This document shows positions 13,442-24,769 of a DNA stretch of 64,000 bases, in pieces (the stretch's first letter is position 1; each line of letters starts with the position of its first letter). Below the pieces are notes generated by a model, which was not told where the DNA came from, did no database searches, and saw only the letters and a program-made list of their open reading frames with translations. The position numbers and the translations under genes were made by a program. The DNA comes from Stegostoma tigrinum (lineage: Eukaryota), in contig NC_081393.1 in NCBI RefSeq assembly GCF_030684315.1, positions 15,619,479 to 15,683,478 on the forward strand, written 5' to 3'.

Positions 13442-13512
13442 TCACTGGGCAGGTTCGAGCAAGGCTGAGCCTCTCTGAGGCGGAGCAGTAGCAGCACCGC
13501 TGCCTCGCAGAC
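13442..13512 (-). CDS. CHMP7: CHMP7 coding exon 10 (stop)
   Basis: pyrimidine tract + atccag|GT CTG CGA...GCC CAG TGA = (G)LRGSGAATAPPQRGSALLEPAQ*; phase fits exon 9; the tail is weakly conserved. Confidence 0.8.
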
Positions 13513-14129
13513 CTGGATATGAGAGACACAGAGAGACACACACGGAGTTTCAAATACCTTGTACGTGGTCAGGCTCTGGGACTTAGTGCCATCAGGAGAC
13601 GGGGTGGGTGGAGTTGGTGGCGATGGGTACGTGGGGGAGGGTGGTGTATGGTGGAAGGAACCTCCCAAGAGACTTCAGTGACCTCCCACCAACATCTGCT
13701 ACCAGTTCCCAATCACTGAGATCTGCTGGTGCCTTGAGATCTGAGAGCATTAGCAAGGCAACAGGCGGCAGATACAGAGACAGTCACGGTGGTGGGCACA
13801 GGGTTGTACGTGTGTGTACATGTTTGTTTTTGTGTCTCCCGTGTGCACGAGAGATTGTGCGCATTGTCCATATCTGTGTGTCAGTACGCACCCTGGGTGA
13901 GAAAGCAGTGTGTATATGTCAGAGAGAGAGAGAGGGGCGCGTGCGTGCAAGAACAAGATAGTCTGTATGTACACATGTGAGAGAGCACATCTCTGTACGT
14001 GTATGTACGTATGAGACAGAGAGAGAAAGAATGTGTGGGTGGTGTATGTGCGTACAGGCAATGCACACAGCCTCCCCAGGGAGACATGAGCACCTCCCGG
14101 TCCCACCCACCCAATACCAGCTGACTTAC

Positions 14130-14321
14130 CAGGATCAGAAAGTGAGAGCTTACTGAGCGCAGTGTCCAGTTGCTCTTCCATCACCTCAGGCTCGGCCTGT
14201 GCCGGTTTAACGTCGAGTGTCCCGGGCAGCGCAGGCACATCTGGGAGCAGAACAGTCTCGTCTGCAGGACTGTCCAGGAGAGCATTCAACTCAGCTTCCA
14301 GTTCATCGGTATCCACAGCTT
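14130..14321 (-). CDS. CHMP7: CHMP7 coding exon 9
   Basis: (E)AVDTDELEAELNALLDSPADETVLLPDVPALPGTLDVKPAQAEPEVMEEQLDTALSKLSLSDP; two leucine-rich NES/MIM-like helices; |gtaag donor; CAGAAG tandem acceptor. Confidence 0.9.
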
Positions 14322-15771
14322 CTGGGCCACAAAAGACAAAGCCAGCAGTTAACATACAAAGGAGGCATCGTTCCCAAATGGTGGGTGGGACTTAGGAACA
14401 GGGACCCATTCAGGCTTTGGCATCTGTATTTATACTCTACAAGTTCACGCTGATCTGGTCGGGGGTCTCAACTCCTATCTCCTGTTCGGGCCCTTGTACA
14501 CTGCCTAACCAATGTAAAATTAAACACTGTCTCGGATAAGTACCAAGGCCCAGACCTCACTACCTTCTGGACTGGAGAGCAGCTGCAGTAAAACCTCGCG
14601 ACTTTTATACTCCACTCCCTTTCAAATGAACATCGCCCCCCGAATTTCTCTTTGTAACTCCTTAGCGCAGCTACGGACTAGCTTGTTGTGATATCTGTGT
14701 AGGATACCGATATCCTTCTGAACTGCACGGTTGAGCGGTCTGTCGCCATTTGAAAGTCACACTCATTTTCAATTCCGCCTCAGACATGACCAGCTACATA
14801 TTCCCACCACATCCTGCCACGTTTCTTACTCAAGCCCTCTTTATAGGCCTTCTGCCTCCTCTTGACAGCTTACTTTCCTCAGTAAATGTAGCTCCCACCC
14901 ATTCAGCCCCTTCATCCAAGTCATTGGTCCAGATTGGAGATATTGGAGGTCCCCATCACTGAGCCCTGGCACACTGCTCAGGTTGGTATGGGAGGAGTCA
15001 TCCCTGCCTACTAACTGTTTGCCAATCAAACTGTGCTTCTGTGTTTACACCCTCGCCCACCCGATGCCCAAGGTGTTGCCTTAAACACCTCGTTCAAAGT
15101 GGAGTACACTGTATTGGAGAGCAGAGGTTGACAGTTTACTGCTCCTGCTGTCTCTACGTTCCTATGATGGGCTGAAAGAATGGTCTCTTTTCACACCGGA
15201 AGTAACAGAATCCCCCTTTCCTTTCCCAATCCCGAATCCTGGACGGAGCGGGATGAAAACCTCACTTTTTCTTGGGTGACAACACTACCAAGCAAACAGT
15301 GAAATCATGACTTTCACACAGCCGTGGTGACTCTGCCCGATCCCAGTAAAAATTTGCCACATCTAACTTGCTCTCTTTCCTTTAACAATCTTAGCCACAG
15401 AGGAGACACTCATGGATTTACTGAGCTCAGGCAACCAAGAGCTGCTTTCATCGTTTGATGTCTTAAAGCAGGACCATTCCCACTCCCAAGGTGTAAACGT
15501 GTCCTCATCTTGTGCAGCCGTTTGAATGAACATGGCATTAAACAACCCACTACACCAAATGCAGATTCCCACCTGGGGCAAGGCAGACCAGGGTAGTGAG
15601 GGGGGCTCCTGGATAGGTACGTCTCTGGTTCAAGACAGATGGGGATAAGGCTGTGTCAAAGGCATTACCACCCAACACAATCGCTGTGTACTCACGCCCG
15701 AAGGGTTAGCCGCAGTGCGGGGGTGGAAACTGATTGACAAGACAGACACAGCGGATGGTTCCACAACTCAC

Positions 15772-15832
15772 CCATAGCATCCAGATTTTCACCAGCAAGG
15801 GTCTGGTTAATGTCATCCTGCATATCACAGAA
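15772..15832 (-). CDS. CHMP7: CHMP7 coding exon 8
   Basis: cctcag|TTC TGT GAT ATG CAG GAT GAC...GCT ATG G|gtgag = FCDMQDDINQTLAGENLDAM; 61 nt. Confidence 0.92.
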
Positions 15833-16398
15833 CTGAGGGAGGAAAGACAGAGAGAGACGGTTAAATACCAATAGCTCAGATCACTGGGAGATTGAGTCGG
15901 ACCCCTGTCTGGCCTGACCAAAGACACAGTCAGATCCCATTCAGTCTGACCAATTAGACAACGGGCCCCAACTCCACCTTCCATGCTCTCGACACCTTCA
16001 GGGCTGACCCTAGTTTCCTGGCCTTCGAGGACTCACTGGCTATTTGCCTGGAGTCTGATCACTCACAGGACCCTGCCATCCAGGCTCCAAACCTCCCCCA
16101 CACTGGGACCTCCATCTTCCTGCTGCTGACCCAGCCTAAAGGGCAGCTCCTTTCCCAGCTGGAAGTCCCCTTCTTCCAGATCCCTCAGCCTGTATTTGTC
16201 CAGCTACACAGGATCGGAGTGGGCTGTGGCCATCAACGGGACTGCAGCCTTCCTTCAGCATCGTTATCCCATTACAAACTGTTGCAATGGGTCACACCGT
16301 GACCCCCATTCCCCCTCACAACACCGTCCCACCCCCCAGACCCTGAGACGGGGTGGGGGGGGGGGGCGCGGTAGATGTCCCATTTGAAGCTGCCCTAC

Positions 16399-16497
16399 CT
16401 GTTCAATCTGGTCCATCAGCTTCTCTACCTTCGCCACACTCACATCCTTCATGGACTCTCTCAAGGCTCCGAGCCCAGCCTGATAGGCCTCCACGAC
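16399..16497 (-). CDS. CHMP7: CHMP7 coding exon 7
   Basis: VVEAYQAGLGALRESMKDVSVAKVEKLMDQIEQ (Snf7 domain); cag| acceptor, |gtag donor; 99 nt. Confidence 0.95.
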
Positions 16498-16789
16498 CTG
16501 CACGAGGAAGGAGTCACGTAAATGCAACCTGCTGCTGTTGGACAGTTCAGTTGGACAGAACCGTGAGGACCAGAACCAGAGGTTTACCAGGTCTCACGGA
16601 CTACAGCGCAGACGGAGTGAGGCGACTGTATCCTCACAGCAGCAGTTCATTCAAAATTACAGGTACAAAGTCTAACCAGCGAGAGGGAGGGGGATGGGAT
16701 GAATGGGGTGAGAGGGAGGCGGTAGCAATGCAATGAGAGAAGGAGACCAAGAATGATTGAGAGTGAAGAATGACTGACGCTCTCCGTAC

Positions 16790-16909
16790 CGTTTTGTCTG
16801 TCTGCGAGGAGTAAATACGATCAAGGATGACCTGAATGGTATTGAGTTTGGCTTCGATGCTCTCCAGCCGTTTTTCGGCTCTCCTCCTCGTTCTCAGAGA
16901 CTTCAGGGC
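16790..16909 (-). CDS. CHMP7: CHMP7 coding exon 6
   Basis: ALKSLRTRRRAEKRLESIEAKLNTIQVILDRIYSSQTDKT (Snf7 helix); 120 nt. Confidence 0.95.
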
Positions 16910-17182
16910 CTGCACCACAAACAACAGGAACATTTATCCCAGCAATTCCCACACTCACCAACCACCCCCCACTCACAGCGTTCCTGGGGAGGCCCCGGGC
17001 CGAGGTGCAGGGGGAGCTGCATTGACACACAGTAAGATCGCAAGCACGCAGCGAAATGCTCTGTCCGGTGGGCGGCTGGCGAAGCGATCGTACGCATGGG
17101 ATCCTGGGGATACCGGCAAACACCAGCACGGTCAGCAGCTTAAATCTGCTGGAGGAGACAACTTCGAACACTCTTCACTCAC

Positions 17183-17231
17183 CAAGTGCTTTTTGCCAGC
17201 TTTTAGGCGACTCCTTGCATCCTCGTTGTAT
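17183..17231 (-). CDS. CHMP7: CHMP7 coding exon 5
   Basis: ttccag|A TAC AAC GAG...CAC TTG|gtgag = YNEDARSRLKAGKKHL; 49 nt. Confidence 0.92.
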
Positions 17232-17807
17232 CTGGAAACAGAAAAGATGTGTTTGAGTGAACTATCGCACTGCTCCATCTCTGCTTCAGGAAATCTTCTC
17301 CCTCTCTTCCCCCCCCACATCATACCCACTCCCTTCCATCCCACTGTCTAGAGTGGTACTCTATCCACCCACATCTCAGGGGAACCCCATCAGGACGACG
17401 TTACATGCCCTCGGCCCCTGCCCAGGGTGGAAATGACTGGAATTTTCCAAAACCGCTTCCTTAGTAAATTGCCTTTCCTCAGAATCCCTGTCTCGGAAGG
17501 TGCTGATCCAGTGTTTACTGATGTAAAAATTGATCCACCCTGCCCCACCCCCACTTTCGCTCTCATCTCTTCCACATCCTGCATTACTCTCCCGCTCCCC
17601 CCAGGGGGGGTCTGTGTTCAATCGGAGTGCCAATGGAGACAAGACAGCTCAGCAGACCCTCATCTGCCCCGCTGCTTTACTAGAATCTTTCGTTTGGTTC
17701 CACAATCCCTTTCACCCACCTCATTTGTTGGAGACAAGCAATTTCAGACTTCGTTTCGCAACTGAAACATCAAATCTCTGACTGCTCTACTGAGAGTTCT
17801 CACATAC

Positions 17808-17941
17808 CTCTCCACCTCCTGGGACAGGGTGTCCACTTTCTGGGACAGCATTTTCTCACACTTGACCAACTGGTACACACCCACATCAATCTCGGTCACT
17901 GCTGAAACTCTGTTTGTCGGAGAATGGCTGAACTTGACGAT
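17808..17941 (-). CDS. CHMP7: CHMP7 coding exon 4
   Basis: IVKFSHSPTNRVSAVTEIDVGVYQLVKCEKMLSQKVDTLSQEVE(R); 134 nt, GT-AG. Confidence 0.95.
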
Positions 17942-18292
17942 CTGTAACAACAGGTTTAGAGCCAACAGCCAGTTTGGAGCATAGTCCTGCAGGTTCCCAT
18001 GCACGAGGCTGCTCTGTCAACCAAACACTGCTGGGGGAAACACTGGGAATGGTGCTCAGAACCAATCAAAATATCATACGATGACTGTCAGCGATTACCA
18101 GGACAGTGCACAGGAAGCTTTACTCTGTATCTAATCTTGCACTGACCTTGTCTTGGGAGCGTTTGATGGAGATGCTGTAGAGAGAGCTTTACTGTCAGTT
18201 GTAATGAGTAGAGGCAGCTTCACCCTGTATCTAACCCTATGCTGCCTCTGCCCAGGTCGAGGTCACAATGCATTCGCTGAAATTACTTTCCA

Positions 18293-18913
18293 TGTGATGA
18301 TACAATGACTTTAAGAGTTATATGGTGTCCTGGTCTTTATTTTAATGAAGAGAGGCTGAGACAGAGGTGATGACTGGTCTGTTACAAGCCAATTATGTAA
18401 ACAGTTTGGGAGGCTTTGGGTTTTGCTTTTAAAAACTTGGAACAATAGAAGCAGCCTGGCTGAGTGGGGTGAAACTCTCAAAAGAACCAGGGTTTCAGTT
18501 TAACTTTCCGCAGCTGTGGGGTTTAGAAGCTGCTACCCATCTCTCCCTGCTACATCACAACACTGGAGGTCTGAGTTTGCTCTTAATATTCTTTCTTTCC
18601 TCCTGGACTAGAGAAACATCATCCGTGAGACAATCTATTTTGCTGAATTAGCCTTTGCTAAGGGTGTGTTTTTGGAACGTTGCTGTAAATACATATTATC
18701 TTGCTCAGTATTTTGATGGAGTTGCAGCCAATGTAACTGTTTATTCCTACTTGGCCTATATTTTAACTACATTGTAAAAACAAAGTGTGTTTTGCTTCAA
18801 GCCTGATAGTTTAATTACAATCGAAAACACAATGCCTTACGCTTTTAAATAAAGTTGTAATCTAGGCTATATTTTACCATGTATTTTGAAGGGGTTTAGA
18901 CTAGTCCATGACA
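18293..18913 (+). mobile_element. ~620-bp solo-LTR-like repeat
   Basis: TG...CA ends; internally similar to 29354-29986 (TTTGGGTT..TTGGARCAATRGAAGYAGCCTG..GAACCAG, GTCCATRACA end); no clear TSD. Confidence 0.5.
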
Positions 18914-19199
18914 AGGATCGATACAAAATTCATCAAGAAACAGACATAAATGGCAAACGTTATGAACTAAACCAGCGCAGTTATACCGCACGGAATGGCC
19001 AGTAACATTTAGGGTGATATTTCATCCGACTGCAAGGGTCTGTGCGGATAACTGTGCGTTAGTTTCTGTGGAGGTACAGTTGGGAGCTTAGTATTTTACT
19101 CACACACACACACACAATGTGGAAGGTTCAGACACGAACAAAGAGGGCTATAGACAAACATATAGAAAAAGCATGTCGGGGATAGTGTACTCAGATGGA

Positions 19200-20450
19200 C
19201 AGAAAGTTGGTTATCAGATCAGAAACAAACAGCAGGAATAAATGGGTCTTTTTCTGAACTGGGGGCCCGCAGGGATTAGTGCCAGGGACCCCAGTTAGTC
19301 ACCATACATACTAATGATTTAGATGAGGGAACTAAATGTAATCTCTCAAAGTGTGCAGAGAACGCAGAGCTGGGTAGAAGGGTGAGCTGTGAGGAGGGTG
19401 CAGTGACATTACAGTGTGATTTGGACAGGCTGATGCAAACGCATGGCAGATGCAGTTTCACGTGGATCAATGCGAGGTTCTCCAGTTTGGTCGCAATAAT
19501 CGGAAGACAGATTATGGTTTGAATGGCTGTAAATTGAGAGAAGGCTATCTCCACCAAGACGCGGGTGTCCCTCAGACGCCAGTCACAGAAAATCCATGTT
19601 GCAGCAGCAGTGGGTGGTAAGGAAGGCCAACGGGATGTTGCGCCCCTTCACTGCGAGAGGATTGGAGTGCAGGAGCAGGGATGTCTCTTTGCAATGGGAC
19701 AGGGAGAGACTGCACCCTGCAGTATTGTGTGTGGGAGGTTTGGGGTCTCGCTGTCTGAGGGAGGAGGTTCTGGTGATGGAGGAAGTGCAGCAAAGGTTTC
19801 CCAGATTAATTCCTGGCATTGCAAGGCCTGCATGAGGACAGGCTGAGTTGGTTAGGATCATATTTGCTGCTGTATTGAAGAATTGGGCAAGGGAAATCTC
19901 ATCAAAAACTACAAATTTTGCAGAGGGCAGAGACAGGAAAATGTTGGGGCTGGGGAAGTCCAGAACCAGAGGTCACTGCTTCAGGAGAAAGAGTAAGCAT
20001 TTGAGGACTAAGATGAGGAGAAATTCCTTCATCCACAGAATCTATGGAATTCATTGCCACAGAAGGAGTGGTTGAGGCCAAAACGTTGAATGTTTTCAAG
20101 AAGGAGGTAGATAGTGCTCTAAAACAAAAACAAGAAGTTGCTTGGAGAAACTCAGCAGGTCTGGCAGTATCTGTGCAGCGAAAGCTGTTGAAGTTGTTGA
20201 AGAGTCACGCGGCTGGAAACGCTAACTCTGCCTTCTTCCCACAGGTGCCGGGTCTCTCCAGCAGTTTCCGTTTGGATTTCTGGTCTCCAGCGCGAGGCAG
20301 TTCTTGGCAATATGGTCGATCCAGCTCTTGTGGCGAAAGGGAACAACAGGAGCGGAGGATGTGCAGGAAACGAGCTCAACTATCAGACTGAATGGGAGAG
20401 GAGGCTCGAGGGGCCGAACGGCCTACTCCCACTCCTATCTTCTACGTTTC
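19200..20450 (+). mobile_element. CR1-type LINE fragment interrupted by a Penelope-derived insert (~20120-20290)
   Basis: GLVPGT../RKANGML..ARGLECRSRDV/EEVQQRFPRLIPG/SRTRGH pieces, ending in a CCTACTCC tail. Confidence 0.8.
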
Positions 20451-20538
20451 GATGCGCTGCTGCGTGGTACATGTGCTGAAACCGCGCCCCCCCCACCAAC
20501 ACCAGCTGCTCAGGTGCAGTTGTGGGATGTGCACTCAC

Positions 20539-20724
20539 CTTATCGCCATCAATCTCAGTCACCATGACCCGTTTCTCTCTCTGCAGTTGCAACAGACACA
20601 GGTAGAAGGTCTTCTCATCTCTGCACACAGCCTGACACATCTCCTGCAGCTGTACAAAGGAAACCACCGAATGCGAAGTCTGCAGGTGACTCTGACAGAG
20701 CTGATAAACCTCAGCGGCCTTTTC
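20539..20724 (-). CDS. CHMP7: CHMP7 coding exon 3
   Basis: EKAAEVYQLCQSHLQTSHSVVSFVQLQEMCQAVCRDEKTFYLCLLQLQREKRVMVTEIDGDK (second winged-helix region); 186 nt. Confidence 0.95.
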
Positions 20725-20842
20725 CTGGATAGGATAGGGTGGCAAAGTCTGACAGTCAGAGCTCGGTCGCTGTGGTTACAAAGTACAGACTGCAAACTGC
20801 GCAAGGAAACAAGAAGATAAACCATTTCAGATATGACACATC

Positions 20843-21003
20843 ACTGAGATAACAAAGTGTGGAGCTGGATGAACACAGCAGGCCAAGCAGCATCTCAGGA
20901 GCACAAAAGCTGACGCTTCGAGCCTAGACCCTTCATCACGTGTTCATCCAACTCCACACTTTGTTATCTCAGATTCTCCAGCACCTGCAGTTCCCATTAT
21001 CTC
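20843..21003. mobile_element. Short fold-back Penelope-derived insert with TSD
   Basis: Inverted arms ~20845-20877 and ~20940-20971; flanking direct repeat TGACACATC at 20834-20842 and 21004-21012; homologous to the PLE end at 63035-63130. Confidence 0.8.
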
Positions 21004-21099
21004 TGACACATCGCCGAATTCACTGCCTCGAACCCTGTTGCTGCTTCAGACAGAGTGTTGTGGTTGTGTGAAATTTCATCCCGACGTCAGCGATCCAGT

Positions 21100-22060
21100 C
21101 ACAGAGTCGGACAGCGTGGAAACAGACCCTTTGGTCCACGTCGACCGTGTTCCCCAAGTGAACTCGTCCCACCTCCCTGCTCCTGGCCCACATCAGATCC
21201 AAAGTTTCCTATTCAGGTGCTTATGAAAATGTCTTTTGAATGTTGTACCTGTCCCCACATTCACCACTTCCTCTGGCAGTTCATTCCACACACGAGTGAC
21301 TGTGTGCAAAAAAAAGTCCCCTTATGTTTTTAAGCAAATCTTTCTTCTCTCACATTAAAAATATACACCCAACTCCTGAAATCACCCACCCTAGGCAAAA
21401 GACACCTCCCATTAACCCTATCTATACCCCTCATTATTTTATAAACCCCTGTGAGGTTACCTCCTACACTCCAGTGAAAAAAGTCCCAGCCGATCCAGCC
21501 TTTCACTTTAACTCAAACATTACATACCCACCAACATCCTGGTAATTTTTTTCCGAACCCTCTCCGGCTCATAATACCCTTTCTAAAACAGGGCAGACAG
21601 AACTGGACACAGTGCTCCAGAAAGGGCTCATTAAATGTCCTGTAGAGCCTCAACATGACTTTCCAACTCCTATATTCAAACGGACTGAGCAACGAAGACA
21701 AGAGTGCTCAATATCTTTTTAACCAACCAGTCTAGATGTGACACAAACTTCAAAGAATTATGTACCTGAACCCCTGAGTCTCTTTGTCCTACAACACTAC
21801 CCAAAGCTCCTACCATTAATTGTATAAGTCCTGCCCTTGTTTGTTTTAACAAAATGAAATATCTTGCAGTTGTCCAAATTAAACTCCATCTGCCACTCCT
21901 CAGCCTACAGCGCAATTGATCAAGATCTCTTTGTAATCTTAGATAACCTACATCACTGTTCACGATGCTACCAATCTTGGTGTCATCCGCAAACTTACTA
22001 ACCACGCCTCCTTTATTCTCGTCCAAACGTCAAACAAAAGTGGACCCAGCGCTCATCCCT
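21100..22060 (-). mobile_element. CR1-type LINE fragment
   Basis: ORF 21676..22026 VSKFADDTKIG..LQRDLDQL; ORF 21513..21701 LEHCVQF. Confidence 0.88.
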
Positions 22061-22750
22061 GTTCGCTGTTTAACTCACTGATCTGAACTGGGCAAGTCAC
22101 TTGTGTTAACGCTCCCCAGCGCTCTCGCTGACCAGGCTGTGTCAATACCCCTGGTAGCCAGTTTGCAAATTTGATTCCCAAGTCAGTAACATTTTAAAAT
22201 TGGTCCACCGTCAGATCTGACAAAGCTGGACAGTCGGAGGAGAACAACACAGGAAATTGTAGGAGCAAAATACAGCTCAATTTTCCAGTGTACTACCCCT
22301 GGCATCACACATCAAGACCACATGGACAAAAACCACTCCAAATCTGCAGTTTGCAGCATAAATGTTACCAACATTTCAGGTGTTCATTCCAAGTACTTTT
22401 TAAAAGGTTTCCCGATTGAACTAGCCCGTCAGGCAGTGCATTCCAGATTCCCACCCCACAAAGCTCCTGCTCCAAACTTTAAAGCTATGCCAACTTCCCG
22501 TTGCTCTTCGAGTCAGGGGAAAGAGTTTTCCGTGACACAGGTTAAAAACTAGGTATGCCTTGGAGTTAATATGACCGGCTTTCTAATGCCTACACATTAT
22601 GCTCGAATGATTAAACCCAGTGCAATTACAAAGTCAAGGAATAAATCAGGGCTCTGATTAAGAATTCTGAGTCTGGTGCAGTTATAATAGGTAAAAAGGG
22701 ACAACGAGGAACACGTTGAAACCAACGTCAGATCAAGGATGGATTCTCAC

Positions 22751-22922
22751 CTGAACGCGTTCGACAATAACGTAGGCATCATCAGGGGAAATGCTGCTAT
22801 TTCCCAGCAGAGAGGTCAGTGTCCACTTCAGAGGCTTAATCAGAAACAAGCCCACACCCCACGCCAACCAGCCAGCATCAATACTCGTGGCAAAGCACGA
22901 CTCCTTCTGGATCAGCCCTCGC
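22751..22922 (-). CDS. CHMP7: CHMP7 coding exon 2
   Basis: RGLIQKESCFATSIDAGWLAWGVGLFLIKPLKWTLTSLLGNSSISPDDAYVIVERVQ with the hydrophobic WxxWGVGxFLxKPLKW membrane-binding segment; ccaag| acceptor; 172 nt. Confidence 0.95.
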
Positions 22923-23664
22923 CTTGGCAGAGGATGCAGAGAGGAGGACAACATAGGGTTAGAAGAGACACACACACACACACAGACGCACACGCCGACA
23001 GAGAGGACCAAAACAATTCATAAACATGACAGACTGGAAACGCTGCTTGTCGAGTGGAGACAGAGAGGCTTAGTGAGGGGAGAGGGGTCAAGGGAGTGAG
23101 ATGTTTCGGGCCGGGGGAAAAGGGGACGCAGAGGGCCACAGGGGTGAGGCAGACAGGAGACAGAAAGCTACTGTGGAGGAAGAGGGTAGGGAGAGCGCTT
23201 TCAGGGTGCGTGCAAAAGGCCAGGTTCAGGAGGGTGGGAGTGAGAAGGTGGGATGGGTGACAGTGATGGACAGGCGGGACATGGCACGGCATCAGCTCAG
23301 GGCTCAACTCGTGCCGGACCCTGGGACTCACACATCAAGCCGTGCAACTGTGGAGGCAGCCTCATGTTACACTGTTGTGCCACGGGAGGCAGGGGGGCAT
23401 CATGATTCTTGCACTACTGAGCCGCAGGGAGCCTCACACCACCTCCCCCAAGCTGTTTAACTGCAGGGGGCCTCACTATACACCTCCCCCACCGAGCCCC
23501 AAGCTATTGAAACATAGAGGGCTCCACAACACCTCCCCCAAGCTATTCTACCAGTTGGCCTCACAACACACCACCCCCGCCTAGCTGTTGAGTCGCAGGG
23601 GGCCTCACACTCCTCCCCCGCCAAGCTGTTGAGCCCCTCGCACATCATACTGCCCCCCACCCAG

Positions 23665-24195
23665 TGTTGAGCCGCAGGGGGCCTCGCACCCCACCCCCCC
23701 AACTGCTGAGCCGCAGGGGGCCTCGCACCCCACCCCCCCAACTGCTGAGCCGCAGGGGGCCTCGCACCCCACCCCCCCAACTGCTGAGCCGCAGGGGGCC
23801 TCGCACCCCACCCCCCCAACTGCTGAGCCGCAGGGGGCCTCGCACCCCACCCCCCCAACTGCTGAGCCGCAGGGGGCCTCGCACCCCACCCCCCGAACTG
23901 CTGAGCCGCAGGGGACCTCGCACCCCACCCCCCGAACTGCTGAGCCGCAGGGGGCCTCGCACCCCACCCCCCGAACTGCTGAGCCGCAGGGGGCCTCGCA
24001 CCCCACCCCCCCAACTGCTGAGCCGCAGGGGGCCTCGCACCCCACCCCCCCAACTGCTGAGCCGCAGGGGGCCTCGCACCCCACCCCCCCAACTGCTGAG
24101 CCGCAGGGGGCCTCGCACCCCACCCCCCCAACTGCTGAGCCGCAGGGGGCCTCGCACCCCACCCCCCAACTGCTGAACCGCAGGGGGCCTCGCAC
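23665..24195. repeat. 39-bp GC-rich minisatellite (~13 near-identical copies) in CHMP7 intron 1
   Basis: Unit CTGCTGAGCCGCAGGGGGCCTCGCACCCCACCCCCCCAA; degenerate copies extend to ~23415 and ~24400. Confidence 0.97.
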
Positions 24196-24457
24196 ACCAC
24201 ACCACACTGCCCCCCCCCCAGTATTGAACCACAGGAGTCATCACACCTCCAACCGCTCCACTACTGACCAGCAGGGGGCCCTCACACACCACAGCAACAG
24301 CCACCACCCGCCCCCCCACTATTGAACCGCAGGAGTCATCACACCTCCACCGCCCCCCCCCTCCCTCCCCAAGCTATTGAACAGCAGGGGGCCTCACACA
24401 TCTCTTCCCCCTCCCCGGGCTATTGAACCGGCGGAGCCGTCACCCTGGCGCTCTCAC

Positions 24458-24726
24458 CGGGCCATGTCCTGCAGTACAGTGTCCAGTCCCAGGGGGACAG
24501 CTCCTTTCCTGCGGAACCAGGAGCCGAGCTCCTGCGGTTTGAAGCTGATCCTCTGGCGGCGGGCGGCCTCCTGCAGCAGCAGCGGGCCCCAGAACGCGAG
24601 CTTGGTGTCCCAGTCCGAGCTGTTCACGTCCCGGCTCCGTTTGAAGGCCGAGAACAGGAACGCCATCCGCTGATCGTCCGCCCACTCCGGGCACACAGGC
24701 TCAAGCTCGGCGTCAGGCTCCGCCAT
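24458..24726 (-). CDS. CHMP7: CHMP7 first coding exon
   Basis: MAEPDAELEPVCPEWADDQRMAFLFSAFKRSRDVNSSDWDTKLAFWGPLL...RKGAVPLGLDTVLQDMA(R)|gtgag; the ten exons sum to 1353 nt = 450 aa + stop. Confidence 0.95.
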
Positions 24727-24769
24727 CGCTCCGCTGCCCGGGCCCCTGTCACTCACCGTGACCGACAGC

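Noticed and set aside
23457-24319. Four ORFs of 170-247 aa with repeated peptides
   Set aside because: Artefact of a stop-poor 39-bp (13-codon) minisatellite that is open in several frames on both strands
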